Source of the DNA: Methanocaldococcus sp. 28A | Lineage (GTDB): Archaea > AGJL01 > Methanococci > Methanococcales > Methanocaldococcaceae | Reading direction: 5' to 3' (one strand) | Length of the DNA: 64,000 nt | Assembly: GCA_049852185.1 (NCBI GenBank) | Contig: CP187540.1 | Shown: piece after piece, positions 33,087 through 42,665 of the stretch | How positions within the stretch are numbered: the stretch's first letter is position 1 | Layout: each line of letters opens with the position of its first letter | Translations under genes and position numbers: made by a program | The notes under the pieces: model-generated | The model's database searches: none | Told to the model about the DNA's origin: nothing | The model's input: only the letters and a program-made list of their open reading frames with translations

Positions 33087-33165
33087 AGCGGGGTAGGGTA
33101 GCCAGGTCCATCCCGCCGGGCTCATAACCCGGAGATCGGAGGTTCAAATCCTCCCCCCGCTACCA
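33087..33165 (+). tRNA. Initiator tRNA-Met (CAT)
   Basis: Cloverleaf with A1-U72 acceptor AGCGGGG/CCCCGCT, anticodon arm CCGGG-CTCATAA-CCCGG (three G-C pairs), TTCAAAT loop and encoded CCA. TATA box upstream. Confidence 0.96.
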
Positions 33166-33231
33166 TTTATTTTTTATTTTACAACCTTATATTTATTTAG
33201 TTAAATATATAAATATAGAATTCAATAAAGT

Positions 33232-33304
33232 AAATGTTCCCCCCGTATCCTACCCTCTCTCATCCATAGCACAGCTTAGTCGAGAGCGTGGGCCTCGGGG
33301 GGAC
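33232..33304 (-). ncRNA. Single-hairpin H/ACA box guide sRNA
   Basis: Minus strand: basal stem TCCCCCC/GGGGGGA followed by ACA, an internal pocket, upper stem ACGCTCTC/GAGAGGGT, and a K-loop GA...ATGA. TTTATATA lies about 25 nt upstream. Confidence 0.78.
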
Positions 33305-33338
33305 TATATTTCATTTTGTATTTTTTTATATAAATAAT

Positions 33339-34268
33339 TTATTCCAATGTTCCTACTCCAAGTATTCTTATCTTTGCACTACCATCAATTAAACATAATT
33401 TATCTCCAACATCATAAGCAATTTCCTTTTGTAGAGAAAGATTTATCTTGTTGTTATTTACTTCTTCAACAACACATGAAACACTTTGCAAACCAACAAT
33501 TATTTGGTAGTTTTCTCCTTCTTTTACAGTTTTTTGAATAAATGGATTCCAATTAACGTTGATTTCAACATCTTTAGCAACCTTTAACTCACCATTTGAT
33601 AGTATCATTCCTCTATCCAACTCATCTGTAGTTATTCCTTTTAAAGCTAAACCTACTCTATTTCCTGCTTTTGCCTCTTTAAAATCATTATCATGTATTT
33701 GAATACTTCTAACCATAACAGTTTTGTCTGTTGGATATACTCTTAAATTATCATGAACCTTGACAGTTCCAGTTTCAACTTTTCCTAATATAACTGTTCC
33801 TACACTTCTAACTGTAAAGTAGTGGTCTATAGGAATTTTGACAATTCCCTCATAATCTCTATCTACATTTAGATTAACCATTTTTTCTCTAATGTTTATA
33901 AAATCTTTCTCTAAGATTTCAAAATCCTTCATTGATGTTTGAGATATGATATTTTTCAACGTGTCTAAATCAACATAATCTCCAACAACAAAAGCTCCTC
34001 TATTTATTCCAAACATGTCCAATGCTAAAAGAGTTTCTCCTAACTCTCCTGTAATCTCATCTATAAAAACTAAAGCATAATCCATCATATTTATTGCATA
34101 TATTAATGGGTTTATTTTGTCTGGGTATCTTGTAGGCTCTACATAACAAATAGCTTTATTCCCTTGCTTGTAGTTATATAATGTTATATCTGTTGAAGTT
34201 CCTTTTTTTCCTAACTCTTTTCCAACTCCTTCAATATGTCCAAATAATCCTACGGTCAAACCTTCCAT
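33339..34268 (-). CDS. EF-Tu/SelB-like domain protein with degenerate G domain
   Basis: LGKKGTSTDIT, IDHYFTVRSVGTVILG and RSIQIHD...GNRVGLALKG. No intact P-loop. Confidence 0.85.
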   Translation of the reverse strand: MEGLTVGLFGHIEGVGKELGKKGTSTDITLYNYKQGNKAICYVEPTRYPDKINPLIYAINMMDYALVFIDEITGELGETLLALDMFGINRGAFVVGDYVDLDTLKNIISQTSMKDFEILEKDFINIREKMVNLNVDRDYEGIVKIPIDHYFTVRSVGTVILGKVETGTVKVHDNLRVYPTDKTVMVRSIQIHDNDFKEAKAGNRVGLALKGITTDELDRGMILSNGELKVAKDVEINVNWNPFIQKTVKEGENYQIIVGLQSVSCVVEEVNNNKINLSLQKEIAYDVGDKLCLIDGSAKIRILGVGTLE

Positions 34269-34331
34269 TTAATCACCATAATTAATATTATTAGTGTGTA
34301 TCTTGGAAATATTTCGCACCTTAATAATAAA

Positions 34332-34424
34332 TAGGACTTTCGCATTTTATATAATTAAATAAGGAAAAAATGATGCCAAAGGCCTCAAAGTTCATAAATA
34401 TTATTTATACCTACGAAAGTCCTA
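34332..34424. repeat. Palindromic repeat family B copy
   Basis: Ends TAGGACTTTCGCA...TACGAAAGTCCTA, internal GATGCCAAAGGCCTC. Confidence 0.88.
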
Positions 34425-34903
34425 ATAAATAAAGAATATAAACAAAAATTCCTCATATGAAAGACGCAAAACTTAACGACAAAAAGATTAAGAAAATTAT
34501 TAGAGGAAAAAGAATTTAGAACGAAAGATATTACTAAGAAGTTGGAAATTACTCATAGCGTTCAGTAGATATGGAAGATATCAGGAGATTTTGAAAATCC
34601 CGAAGATAATGAGCAAATCTCAAAAGCCAAAGGACGTATCGAAATAAGAAATAGATATTGATCCTTAAAGCATTTAAAATATGCAGGAGTCTGGTTAATT
34701 TAGAGCATTATTAATATTAACTATAATTTAACTATAATTTCATATCTCACATAACCGTATATATAATATACTTACAAAGAGAAGAAATATTATATATAAT
34801 AATTTATATATAATAATACACTCAAGAAAAAGATTCTCGGAGGATATATCAGGATATAATATTGAACACTATGAGAATCTCTGATAGACATTCTCAAAAA
34901 TTG

Positions 34904-34998
34904 TAAGACTTTCGCACTTATTATATTTAAGCAAGAAAAATAAATAATGCCAAAGGTATCAAAAATTCTTTACAATATTTGCTTATGTGAAAATCTTA
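34904..34998. repeat. Palindromic repeat family B copy
   Basis: Ends TAAGACTTTCGCA...TGTGAAAATCTTA. Confidence 0.8.
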
Positions 34999-35274
34999 CA
35001 TAGAAAACCTTAGATAGATAATAAAGAGGTGGAATATAGATTAGATAGAGTTAATAGTTTAAAAGTGTTCATAGATTAAATGAAATCACTGATATGATTT
35101 CGTAGCTCTTCGCTAAGCTCAGAATTGTATAATAATATAAAACTTATCGTTCTTTGATAACTTCTTATAGGGTTTATTTTAAAAACTGTGATAAAATTTT
35201 TAACACATAGTTATATAGGAAAATCATGTATAACTTACAAGTTAATTTATAAGTTAAATTTTGAGGGGATATCA

Positions 35275-35640
35275 ATGAAAGTTAAAGAAATTATGAATAG
35301 GGATTTCATAAAAATCTCTCCAAATGATATTGGAGGAGATGTGGTTCAATTACTATATAAAGAAAGAAAATATTATGCTCCAGTTGTAGAAGAAGGTAAA
35401 TTGGTAGGATGGATAACTGCTTTAGATTTACTTGCAGGATGCAAGCATTCAAAAATTGAAGATTTAATGTTGTTTATTGATGAAATAAAAGTTTTAAAAG
35501 AAGAAGATGAACTAACAGAAAAAATGATAGAAGAAATGATTAAAAATGAAGAAATTGCTTATCCGGTTGTCAATGAAAACGATGAAGTTGTAGGAACATT
35601 GAGTGTTTTTGACATATTAGTAAGATTTTCGCAGAAATAA
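35275..35640 (+). CDS. CBS domain protein
   Basis: MKVKEIMN, APVVEEGKLVGWIT and YPVVN..VVGTLS motifs. ATG at 35275 behind GAGGGG. Confidence 0.88.
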   Translation: MKVKEIMNRDFIKISPNDIGGDVVQLLYKERKYYAPVVEEGKLVGWITALDLLAGCKHSKIEDLMLFIDEIKVLKEEDELTEKMIEEMIKNEEIAYPVVNENDEVVGTLSVFDILVRFSQK

Positions 35641-35713
35641 ATCTTTAAAGAAATATTTGGAACCTTTGGAATTATATTTTCCTTCATTAAGTACATAATG
35701 TGCGAAAGTCATA
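35621..35713. repeat. Palindromic repeat family B copy overlapping the CBS gene stop
   Basis: Ends TAAGATTTTCGCA...TGCGAAAGTCATA. Confidence 0.75.
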
Positions 35714-35841
35714 TTAAAATATAATCTAACTTTTTTTAAAAATTTTTTTAATTTTTTCGAAATTCGTATATTTTTTAAGAAATTTATGCGAAAAAATGAC
35801 GGATAAAATTATTATTTACCTTTAATTATAGACATATAGTA

Positions 35842-35897
35842 TAGAACTTTTGCGGTTTATATATTCATTTAAAAAATTTATTCCTGCGAAAGTCCTA
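35842..35897. repeat. Palindromic repeat family B, internally deleted copy
   Basis: Ends TAGAACTTTTGCGG...CTGCGAAAGTCCTA only 56 bp apart, with no internal palindrome. Confidence 0.75.
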
Positions 35898-36004
35898 TAG
35901 TATATACTTTAGTTGTGTTTGTAAATGACATAAGCTAACAATAAATTGAGTTTTATAAACTTAATTTGATTTTTTACAACTCATTAAGTTTTAAAGGTGA
36001 TATA

Positions 36005-36586
36005 TTGCATATCTACATAAAATTGAATAAAGAAATGAGTGAAATTTTTAAAGAAATTATGGTGGATAAAGAAGATAATAGTTTGTCAAATGATGATGAA
36101 TTAGTTAATGAAGTAGTTGAACATTTAAAGAAGGGATTTGACAAAGAAAAAATGACATTTGATGAAAAGAAATATACTGACAGAAAAATTAAAGAATTTA
36201 TTCCATTAGAGTTTTTTAGAGTTATGATATACATTGTTATAAAGAAAATTAAAGAAAGAGGTTCTGAAATAACGCTATACGAGATGGGATATGAATTTGG
36301 AAAATTTTTAGAACCAAAAAATATTAGAGAATTAAAAACATTCTTTAGAAAAAATAATTTAGGAATTTTAGAAATTGAAAGTAGAAAACCATTTATTTTA
36401 AAAGTGAGAGAGTGTGCAATGTGTGGAGGTTTAGATATTGATGAACCAATCTGTCATTTTGATGCTGGTCTAATAGCTGGAGCAATGGAATGCATATTAA
36501 AAAAAACGGTTGTGGTTGATGAAATAAAATGTATGGCTCAGGGGGCTGATGCATGTTATTTCAAAGTTGAAGTTGTAAAAGATTAA
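36005..36586 (+). CDS. V4R (4-vinyl reductase) domain protein
   Basis: LYEMGYEFG, ECAMC, ICHFDAGLIAG and EIKCMAQGADACYF motifs. Start codon uncertain. Confidence 0.85.
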   Translation: MHIYIKLNKEMSEIFKEIMVDKEDNSLSNDDELVNEVVEHLKKGFDKEKMTFDEKKYTDRKIKEFIPLEFFRVMIYIVIKKIKERGSEITLYEMGYEFGKFLEPKNIRELKTFFRKNNLGILEIESRKPFILKVRECAMCGGLDIDEPICHFDAGLIAGAMECILKKTVVVDEIKCMAQGADACYFKVEVVKD

Positions 36587-36627
36587 AATTCTAAATATGA
36601 ATTATAGTTTATATCCGTAATACGAAC

Positions 36628-36649
36628 ATCGAACCGTAAATGTAATATA
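36628..36649 (+). promoter_or_regulatory. Shared promoter motif of the oxidative-stress cluster (fprA)
   Basis: ATCGAACCGTAAATGTAATATA, matching 38151-38172 and 38782-38803. Confidence 0.6.
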
Positions 36650-36723
36650 CCTAATGTAGAATAAATATTATTGCAAAATCTAAAGAATAAAAGTTGAAGA
36701 TTAATTATTAGTGGGTGAAATAT

Positions 36724-37965
36724 ATGAAAGCTGATGCAATTAAAATAGCAGATGGAGTATATTGGGTGGGAGTTTTAGATTGGGATATTAGAAAATACCA
36801 CGGATATACATTAAAAGGAACAACATACAACGCATACTTAGTATTTGGAGATGAAAAAGTTGCTATAATAGATAACACATATCCAGGAACCTCTGCTCAA
36901 ATGTGGGGAAGAATAAAAGATGCATTTGAAAAAGAAGGAAGAGAATTTAAAATTGATGTAATTGTTCAAAACCACGTAGAAAAAGACCACAGTGGGGCTT
37001 TACCAGAAATTCACAAAAAATTCCCAGAGGCTCCAATATACTGTACTGAAGTAGCAGTTGAAGGTTTGAAAAAGCACTATCCATCATTAAAGAATGCACC
37101 ATTCAAAGTAGTTAAATCATTAGATACTGTTGATTTAGGAGGTAAAACTTTAACTTTCTTAGAAGCTCCTTTATTGCACTGGCCAGACAGTATGTTTACC
37201 TTCTATAACGAAGGAGGAATTTTATTCTCAAACGATGCATTTGGACAGCACTTATGCTTCCCAGCACATAAGAGATTTGACACAGATATTCCAGAATACA
37301 TATTAATGGATGCAAATCAAAAGTTCTACGCAAACTTAATTACTCCATTATCAAAACTCGTCTTGAAGAAATTTGAAGAAGTTATTAATTTAGGATTATT
37401 AGAAAAGATAAAAATGATTGCTCCATCACATGGGCAAATATGGACAGACCCAATGAAAGTTATCAAAGCTTATCAAGACTTTGCTACTGGTAAAGCAGCT
37501 AAAGATAAGGCAGTTATTATCTATGATACAATGCACTATTCAACACAAAAAATGGCTCATGCATTTGCAGAAGGTTTAATGAGTGAAGGGATTGACGTAG
37601 TAATGTATTTCTTACATGAAGATGAGAGAAGTGAAATTGTTAAAGATATATTAGATGCTAAGGCAGTTCTCTTTGGAATTCCAACAATATATGATGAACC
37701 ATATCCATCAATTGGAGATATTGTATATTACTTGAGAGGACTGAAATTTAACAGAACAGGATTTAAGAGATTAGCAGTAGTATTTGGTTCAATGGGAGGT
37801 AATGGTGGAGCTGTTAAAATATTATCTGAAGAAATTGCAAAATGTGGATTTGAAGTTGTCAATCAATATGAACTCTACTATGTTCCAACAGAAGATGAAC
37901 TAACAAACTGCTACAACATGGGTAAAGAATTAGCTAAGAAGATTAAAGAAATGAAGATTGAATAA
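36724..37965 (+). CDS. fprA: Flavodiiron protein / F420H2 oxidase
   Basis: [31 protein letters not shown] and APSHG motifs, plus a flavodoxin domain. Confidence 0.94.
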   Translation: MKADAIKIADGVYWVGVLDWDIRKYHGYTLKGTTYNAYLVFGDEKVAIIDNTYPGTSAQMWGRIKDAFEKEGREFKIDVIVQNHVEKDHSGALPEIHKKFPEAPIYCTEVAVEGLKKHYPSLKNAPFKVVKSLDTVDLGGKTLTFLEAPLLHWPDSMFTFYNEGGILFSNDAFGQHLCFPAHKRFDTDIPEYILMDANQKFYANLITPLSKLVLKKFEEVINLGLLEKIKMIAPSHGQIWTDPMKVIKAYQDFATGKAAKDKAVIIYDTMHYSTQKMAHAFAEGLMSEGIDVVMYFLHEDERSEIVKDILDAKAVLFGIPTIYDEPYPSIGDIVYYLRGLKFNRTGFKRLAVVFGSMGGNGGAVKILSEEIAKCGFEVVNQYELYYVPTEDELTNCYNMGKELAKKIKEMKIE

Positions 37966-38150
37966 ATTTTCCATCTTTTTGTTTTTTTATTTTAATTTTT
38001 TATTTTTAGACTTTATTATTTATGTATTTAAATATATAAACTAATAATATTAAAATTATTAATAATATCATAAGGAAAATTAGAAGATATGAAAAACGAA
38101 ATATCTATATGGGATAAATTTAGAACCAATTAATCAAATATTGATTGAAT

Positions 38151-38172
38151 TTCGAACCATTAATGTTATATA
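38151..38172 (+). promoter_or_regulatory. Shared promoter motif (hemerythrin gene)
   Basis: TTCGAACCATTAATGTTATATA. Confidence 0.6.
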
Positions 38173-38307
38173 ATTTTCATATGTAAGTTATTATTACACA
38201 ATTAAAAAATGAATATTTTAAACTAATATCCAAATTTCGATATCTACATGACATATTAATTAAATATTAATTTTAATAAGTTGTAAAAAGTTATGTTGGT
38301 GTATAAT

Positions 38308-38748
38308 ATGAAAGAGATAATTAAATGGAGTAAGGATTTTGAGACAGGAATTAAAGCTTTTGATGATGAGCATAAATTTTTGGTAAATACATTAAATGAA
38401 ATTTATACTTTGTTGGAAGAAGGCAAAAAGGAAGAAGCAAAAGAATTATTAAAGAGAAGAGTAATTAATTATGCTGCAAAGCACTTTAAGCATGAAGAGG
38501 AGGTTATGGAAAAATATGGATATCCTAACTTAGAGAGACATAGAAAAACTCATGAAATATTTGTTAAAACAGTTATTGAAAAATTACTCCCAAAAATTGA
38601 AGAAGGTTCAGAAAATGATTTTAGAAGTGCTTTATCTTTTTTAGTAGGGTGGCTTACAATGCACATAGCAAAACCAGATAAAGATTATGGAAGGTGGTTT
38701 AAGGAGAAAGGTATTATTATCGAAGATGAAATGGTTAGTATTGATTAA
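38308..38748 (+). CDS. Hemerythrin-like protein
   Basis: W...G...[18 protein letters not shown] and [10 protein letters not shown] motifs. Confidence 0.93.
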   Translation: MKEIIKWSKDFETGIKAFDDEHKFLVNTLNEIYTLLEEGKKEEAKELLKRRVINYAAKHFKHEEEVMEKYGYPNLERHRKTHEIFVKTVIEKLLPKIEEGSENDFRSALSFLVGWLTMHIAKPDKDYGRWFKEKGIIIEDEMVSID

Positions 38749-38781
38749 ATTTAGAACTAATTTATCAGATATATTTCAAAC

Positions 38782-38803
38782 TTCGAACCATTAATATTAT
38801 ATA
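38782..38803 (+). promoter_or_regulatory. Shared promoter motif (rubrerythrin-like gene)
   Basis: TTCGAACCATTAATATTATATA. Confidence 0.6.
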
Positions 38804-38859
38804 ACGTAATTGCATACTATTATTATATAAAATTAAAAAATAAAAATTAAGGTGAGATA

Positions 38860-39285
38860 ATGGAATTGGAGTTAATAAATGAACACAAAATAGGAGTAAC
38901 AAAAGGAACAGAATTGGAGAAAGAAGTTCAAGCAAACTTTGAAGGGGAGTGTAAGGAAGTTGGTTTATACTTAGCTATGGCAAGACAAGCTCAGAGGGAG
39001 GGGTTACCAGAAGTCGCTGAAGTTTTAAGAAGAATTGCTATGGAAGAAGCAGAGCACGCAGCACACTTTGCAGAAATGAACGGAATAATTTCAGAGAATT
39101 TAAAAGAGAACATTGAAATGATGTTAAAAGGAGAATGCATGGCAAACAAAGAGAAAAAAGCTGCTGCAACAAAGGCAAAAGAATTAGGTATTGACCCAGC
39201 TCATGACTTCTTTGATGAATCAAGTAGAGATGAAGCAAGACATGCAAGAATGTTAAAAGGAATCTTAGACAGATACTTTAAATAA
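38860..39285 (+). CDS. Rubrerythrin/ferritin-like diiron protein
   Basis: [23 protein letters not shown] and DEARH motifs. Confidence 0.9.
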   Translation: MELELINEHKIGVTKGTELEKEVQANFEGECKEVGLYLAMARQAQREGLPEVAEVLRRIAMEEAEHAAHFAEMNGIISENLKENIEMMLKGECMANKEKKAAATKAKELGIDPAHDFFDESSRDEARHARMLKGILDRYFK

Positions 39286-39348
39286 ATCTTCTTAATTCTA
39301 TTTTTGACTTTAATATTATTTTAAATTTTTTATTTTTAAACTTTTAAA

Positions 39349-39771
39349 TTATTTTAACTGCTCTAAAATAATAGCTGGGCAAATCTTTTTTATACCTTCA
39401 ATTTTTCCAATCTTATTGAAAATTAAATCTGAAAATTCTTTTCCATCTTTAGCCCAAATTTCAGCCATAATCATGTGGTCTCCTGTTGATGTAAATACTT
39501 TTTTAACTTCTTCAAAGTTACAAAGTTCTTTAGCAACACTCAGAAATTTATCAGGCTCAGTATCAAACCCTGTTAAAGCTACGACGTTATATCCAATTTT
39601 TGAGGGATTTATTATTGCAGTGTATCCTTTAATAACTCCCTCTTCTTCTAATTTTTTAACTCTTTTTCTTATAGAACTTTCACTTGTTCCTAATTCCCTT
39701 GCTATATCAGTATATGATTTTCTTCCATCTTTCATAAGAATCTCGATAATTTTTAAATCCTTTTCATCCAT
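39349..39771 (-). CDS. ptr2: Lrp/AsnC family transcription regulator Ptr2
   Basis: [31 protein letters not shown] and TGDHMI motif, divergent from a ferredoxin gene. Confidence 0.88.
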   Translation of the reverse strand: MDEKDLKIIEILMKDGRKSYTDIARELGTSESSIRKRVKKLEEEGVIKGYTAIINPSKIGYNVVALTGFDTEPDKFLSVAKELCNFEEVKKVFTSTGDHMIMAEIWAKDGKEFSDLIFNKIGKIEGIKKICPAIILEQLK

Positions 39772-39850
39772 ACTATCACCGAATTTCGGATGATTAATGA
39801 TATTAATTATAACATGATTTAATAATATATAAAAATTTTGGAGGAATAAA

Positions 39851-40069
39851 ATGGCTGTTGAAATTATTGTAAATAAAGAAAAATGTATTGGATGTGGAAG
39901 ATGCTATGATGTATGCCCAAAAGGTCCTCTTATTTGGACAAAAGATGAAAATGGAAAATACTATGCTTATGATGTTGAATACTGCCACAACTGCAAGTTT
40001 TGTGCAGGTAGATGCCCAACAAATGCTATATTAATTAAAGTAGTTAAGCCAAAAAATAATAAAAATTAA
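39851..40069 (+). CDS. 2x[4Fe-4S] ferredoxin
   Basis: [12 protein letters not shown] and [12 protein letters not shown] motifs. Confidence 0.93.
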   Translation: MAVEIIVNKEKCIGCGRCYDVCPKGPLIWTKDENGKYYAYDVEYCHNCKFCAGRCPTNAILIKVVKPKNNKN

Positions 40070-41259
40070 TTTATCTCAGCAAATACTTCATCAAATGCAT
40101 TAGTTAAGGCGTCAATATGCTCTTTTTCTACAATTAATGGTGGTAAAAATCTCAAAACTACATCAGAAGTGCAATTAATTAGAAATCCTTTCTCAAGCAT
40201 TTTTTTAACGATTTCAGCTCCATTAAATTCAAGTTCAGAACCAATCATTAAACCTAACCCTCTTACTTCTTTTATAAAGTTATACTTTTCCCTAAGAGTT
40301 TCGAGTTTTCGAATGAAATATTTTCCTTTTTCTATAACTTTATCATCTTTAATAAGCTCTTCTATAACCTCAATTGATGCTAATGCAGCTGAGCAAGCTA
40401 AAGGATTTCCACCAAAGGTTGTTCCATGGTCTCCATAACTTAAAGCATTTGCTATCTCTTCTTTTAAAACAACAGCCCCTATTGGAACTCCTCCTCCAAG
40501 AGCTTTTGCCAATGTTAAGATGTCTGGCTTTACATCATAATGCTCATAGGCAAACATCTTTCCAGTTCTTCCCATTCCACACTGCACTTCATCAAAGATT
40601 AAAATAATATTTTTATCATCACATAAATCTCTAACAGCTTTTAAATAATCTTTATCAGCAACATGAATTCCTCCCTCTCCTTGAACAGGTTCAATTATTA
40701 TAGCACATGTTTTGTTTGTTATACTTTCTTTCAACGCCTCTATATCATTGAAAGGCACGTATTTAAAACCTTGTGGTAATGGATGAAAGCCCTCTTGATA
40801 CTTTGGTTTTGGTGTTGCCGCCAATGTTGTTAAAGTTCTTCCATGGAATGCGTTATACATACTGATAATTTCTCCGCCATCTTTTCCTAATATTTTTGAT
40901 GCATACTTTCTTGCAAATTTTATGGCACCTTCATTTGCCTCAGCTCCGCTGTTGCAAAAAAATGCCTTATCTAAGCCACTTAACTCAACCAACTTTTTAG
41001 CTAATTTTATTTGTGGGATTGAGTAATATATGTTGGATGTATGGATTAATGTTTCAGCTTGGCTTTTTATAGCTTCAACAACCTTTGGATGACAATGACC
41101 TACATTATTAACTCCAATTCCTGATAAAAAGTCAAGATATTTTTTTCCATTGATATCATAAACCTCCATTCCTTTACCTTCAACTAAAACAACTGGTAAT
41201 CTTCCATAAATTTGGAGATGATATTTTTTTTCTAACTCTATAATTTCCTCTGTGTCCAT
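40066..41259 (-). CDS. argD: Acetylornithine aminotransferase
   Basis: NSGAEANE, FHGRT, EPVQGEGG, DEVQCG, AKALGGG and GTTFGGNP motifs. Confidence 0.94.
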   Translation of the reverse strand: MDTEEIIELEKKYHLQIYGRLPVVLVEGKGMEVYDINGKKYLDFLSGIGVNNVGHCHPKVVEAIKSQAETLIHTSNIYYSIPQIKLAKKLVELSGLDKAFFCNSGAEANEGAIKFARKYASKILGKDGGEIISMYNAFHGRTLTTLAATPKPKYQEGFHPLPQGFKYVPFNDIEALKESITNKTCAIIIEPVQGEGGIHVADKDYLKAVRDLCDDKNIILIFDEVQCGMGRTGKMFAYEHYDVKPDILTLAKALGGGVPIGAVVLKEEIANALSYGDHGTTFGGNPLACSAALASIEVIEELIKDDKVIEKGKYFIRKLETLREKYNFIKEVRGLGLMIGSELEFNGAEIVKKMLEKGFLINCTSDVVLRFLPPLIVEKEHIDALTNAFDEVFAEIN

Positions 41260-41287
41260 AGCATCCCTCCTGATAAATGATTAAGTA

Positions 41288-41357
41288 TTGGACTTTCGCA
41301 GTATATATTAAATTGTTAGAATTTAGACTCCTTTAGGAGTCTATGTTCAATAAATAT
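41288..41357. repeat. Palindromic repeat family B copy lacking one end
   Basis: TTGGACTTTCGCAG and internal palindrome TAGACTCCTTTAGGAGTCTA. Confidence 0.75.
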
Positions 41358-41438
41358 AATAAGTAAATATTTTAAAAGAGTTTGTAGTATTATTACTTTT
41401 GCTAAGGTAAATATAATTAATTACAAGAAGGTGATAAT

Positions 41439-42440
41439 TTGCATAAGATATGTGTTATAGAAGGAGACGGAATAGGGAAAGAAGTAGTACCTGCAACAAT
41501 AAAAGTTTTAGAAGCTACAGGATTACCATTTGAGTTTGTTTATGCTGAAGCTGGAGATGAAGTTTATAAAAGAACTGGAAAAGCTTTACCAGAAGAAACT
41601 ATTGAAACTGCCTTAGATTGTGATGCTGTTTTATTTGGAGCTGCTGGAGAAACAGCGGCAGATGTTATTGTTAAATTGAGGCAAATCTTAGACACCTATG
41701 CCAATGTAAGACCAGTAAAAGCTTATAAAGGAGTTAAATGCTTAAGACCTGATATTGATTATGTAATTGTTAGAGAAAACACTGAAGGATTGTATAAGGG
41801 AATAGAGGCAGAGATTGATGAAGGGGTTACAATAGCTACAAGAGTTATTACTGAGAAGGCTTGTGAGAGAATATTTAGATTTGCATTTAATTTGGCAAGA
41901 GACAGAAAGAAGATGGGTAAAGAAGGAAAGGTTACTTGTGCTCATAAAGCAAATGTCTTAAAATTAACTGATGGATTATTTAAAAAGATATTTTATAAAG
42001 TTGCTGAAGAATATGATGATATAAAAGCTGAAGATTACTATATAGACGCAATGAACATGTATATCATAACTAAACCACAAGTGTTTGATGTTGTTGTTAC
42101 ATCCAATTTGTTTGGAGATATCTTATCAGATGGAGCTGCTGGAACTGTTGGAGGTTTAGGATTAGCTCCTTCAGCAAACATTGGAGATGAACATGGATTA
42201 TTTGAGCCAGTTCATGGTTCAGCTCCAGATATTGCTGGAAAGAAAATTGCCAATCCAACAGCTACAATATTAAGTGCTGTTTTAATGCTTAGATACTTAG
42301 GAGAGTATGAAGCTGCAGATAAAGTTGAGAAAGCATTGGAGGAAGTTTTGGCTTTAGGTTTAACAACACCTGACTTAGGAGGAAACTTAAATACATTTGA
42401 AATGGCTGAAGAAGTTGCTAAAAGAGTAAGAGATGAATAA
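41439..42440 (+). CDS. leuB: 3-isopropylmalate/methylmalate dehydrogenase
   Basis: GDGIGKEV, RENTEG, HKANV, NLFGDILSD and EPVHGSAPDIAG motifs. Confidence 0.88.
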   Translation: MHKICVIEGDGIGKEVVPATIKVLEATGLPFEFVYAEAGDEVYKRTGKALPEETIETALDCDAVLFGAAGETAADVIVKLRQILDTYANVRPVKAYKGVKCLRPDIDYVIVRENTEGLYKGIEAEIDEGVTIATRVITEKACERIFRFAFNLARDRKKMGKEGKVTCAHKANVLKLTDGLFKKIFYKVAEEYDDIKAEDYYIDAMNMYIITKPQVFDVVVTSNLFGDILSDGAAGTVGGLGLAPSANIGDEHGLFEPVHGSAPDIAGKKIANPTATILSAVLMLRYLGEYEAADKVEKALEEVLALGLTTPDLGGNLNTFEMAEEVAKRVRDE

Positions 42441-42559
42441 ATTAATCTATTTTTTATTTGAAAATTTTTTCTATTCTTTTATTTTAAAAATTTAATTTAA
42501 ATTTAAAATAATTTAAAATACATTTTTATAGGGTTGTTGTTAAATTAAGAAAAGGAACT

Positions 42560-42648
42560 GAGTTAGAATAGGGCATTAATGAATGTCTTCCTTATGAAAG
42601 ACATTCAAATTTTCATTATAAATATAGTTTATTTTGCACACAAATATA
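42560..42648. repeat. Palindromic repeat family A copy with decayed left end
   Basis: GAATGTCTTCCTTATGAAAGACATTC and right end TTTTGCACACAAATATA. Confidence 0.8.
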
Positions 42649-42665
42649 TTTAGGAGGTGATTTTT

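Larger units (their letters stand above)
34295..35075 (+). mobile_element. Decayed IS481-family element interrupted by repeats
   Basis: TGT-starting end (TGTGTATCTTGGAAAT). ATG at 34457 gives MKDAKLNDKKIKKIIR, followed by frameshifted HTH-like segments. C-terminal core piece KEVEYRLDRVNSL near 35023-35062 also occurs at about 49285-49332. Confidence 0.6.

Noticed and set aside
33232-33304. tRNA-Sec or SECIS next to the SelB-like gene
   Set aside because: No cloverleaf, UCA anticodon or GAA/A SECIS core. It fits an H/ACA hairpin, and the neighbouring protein lacks SelB's GTPase motifs.
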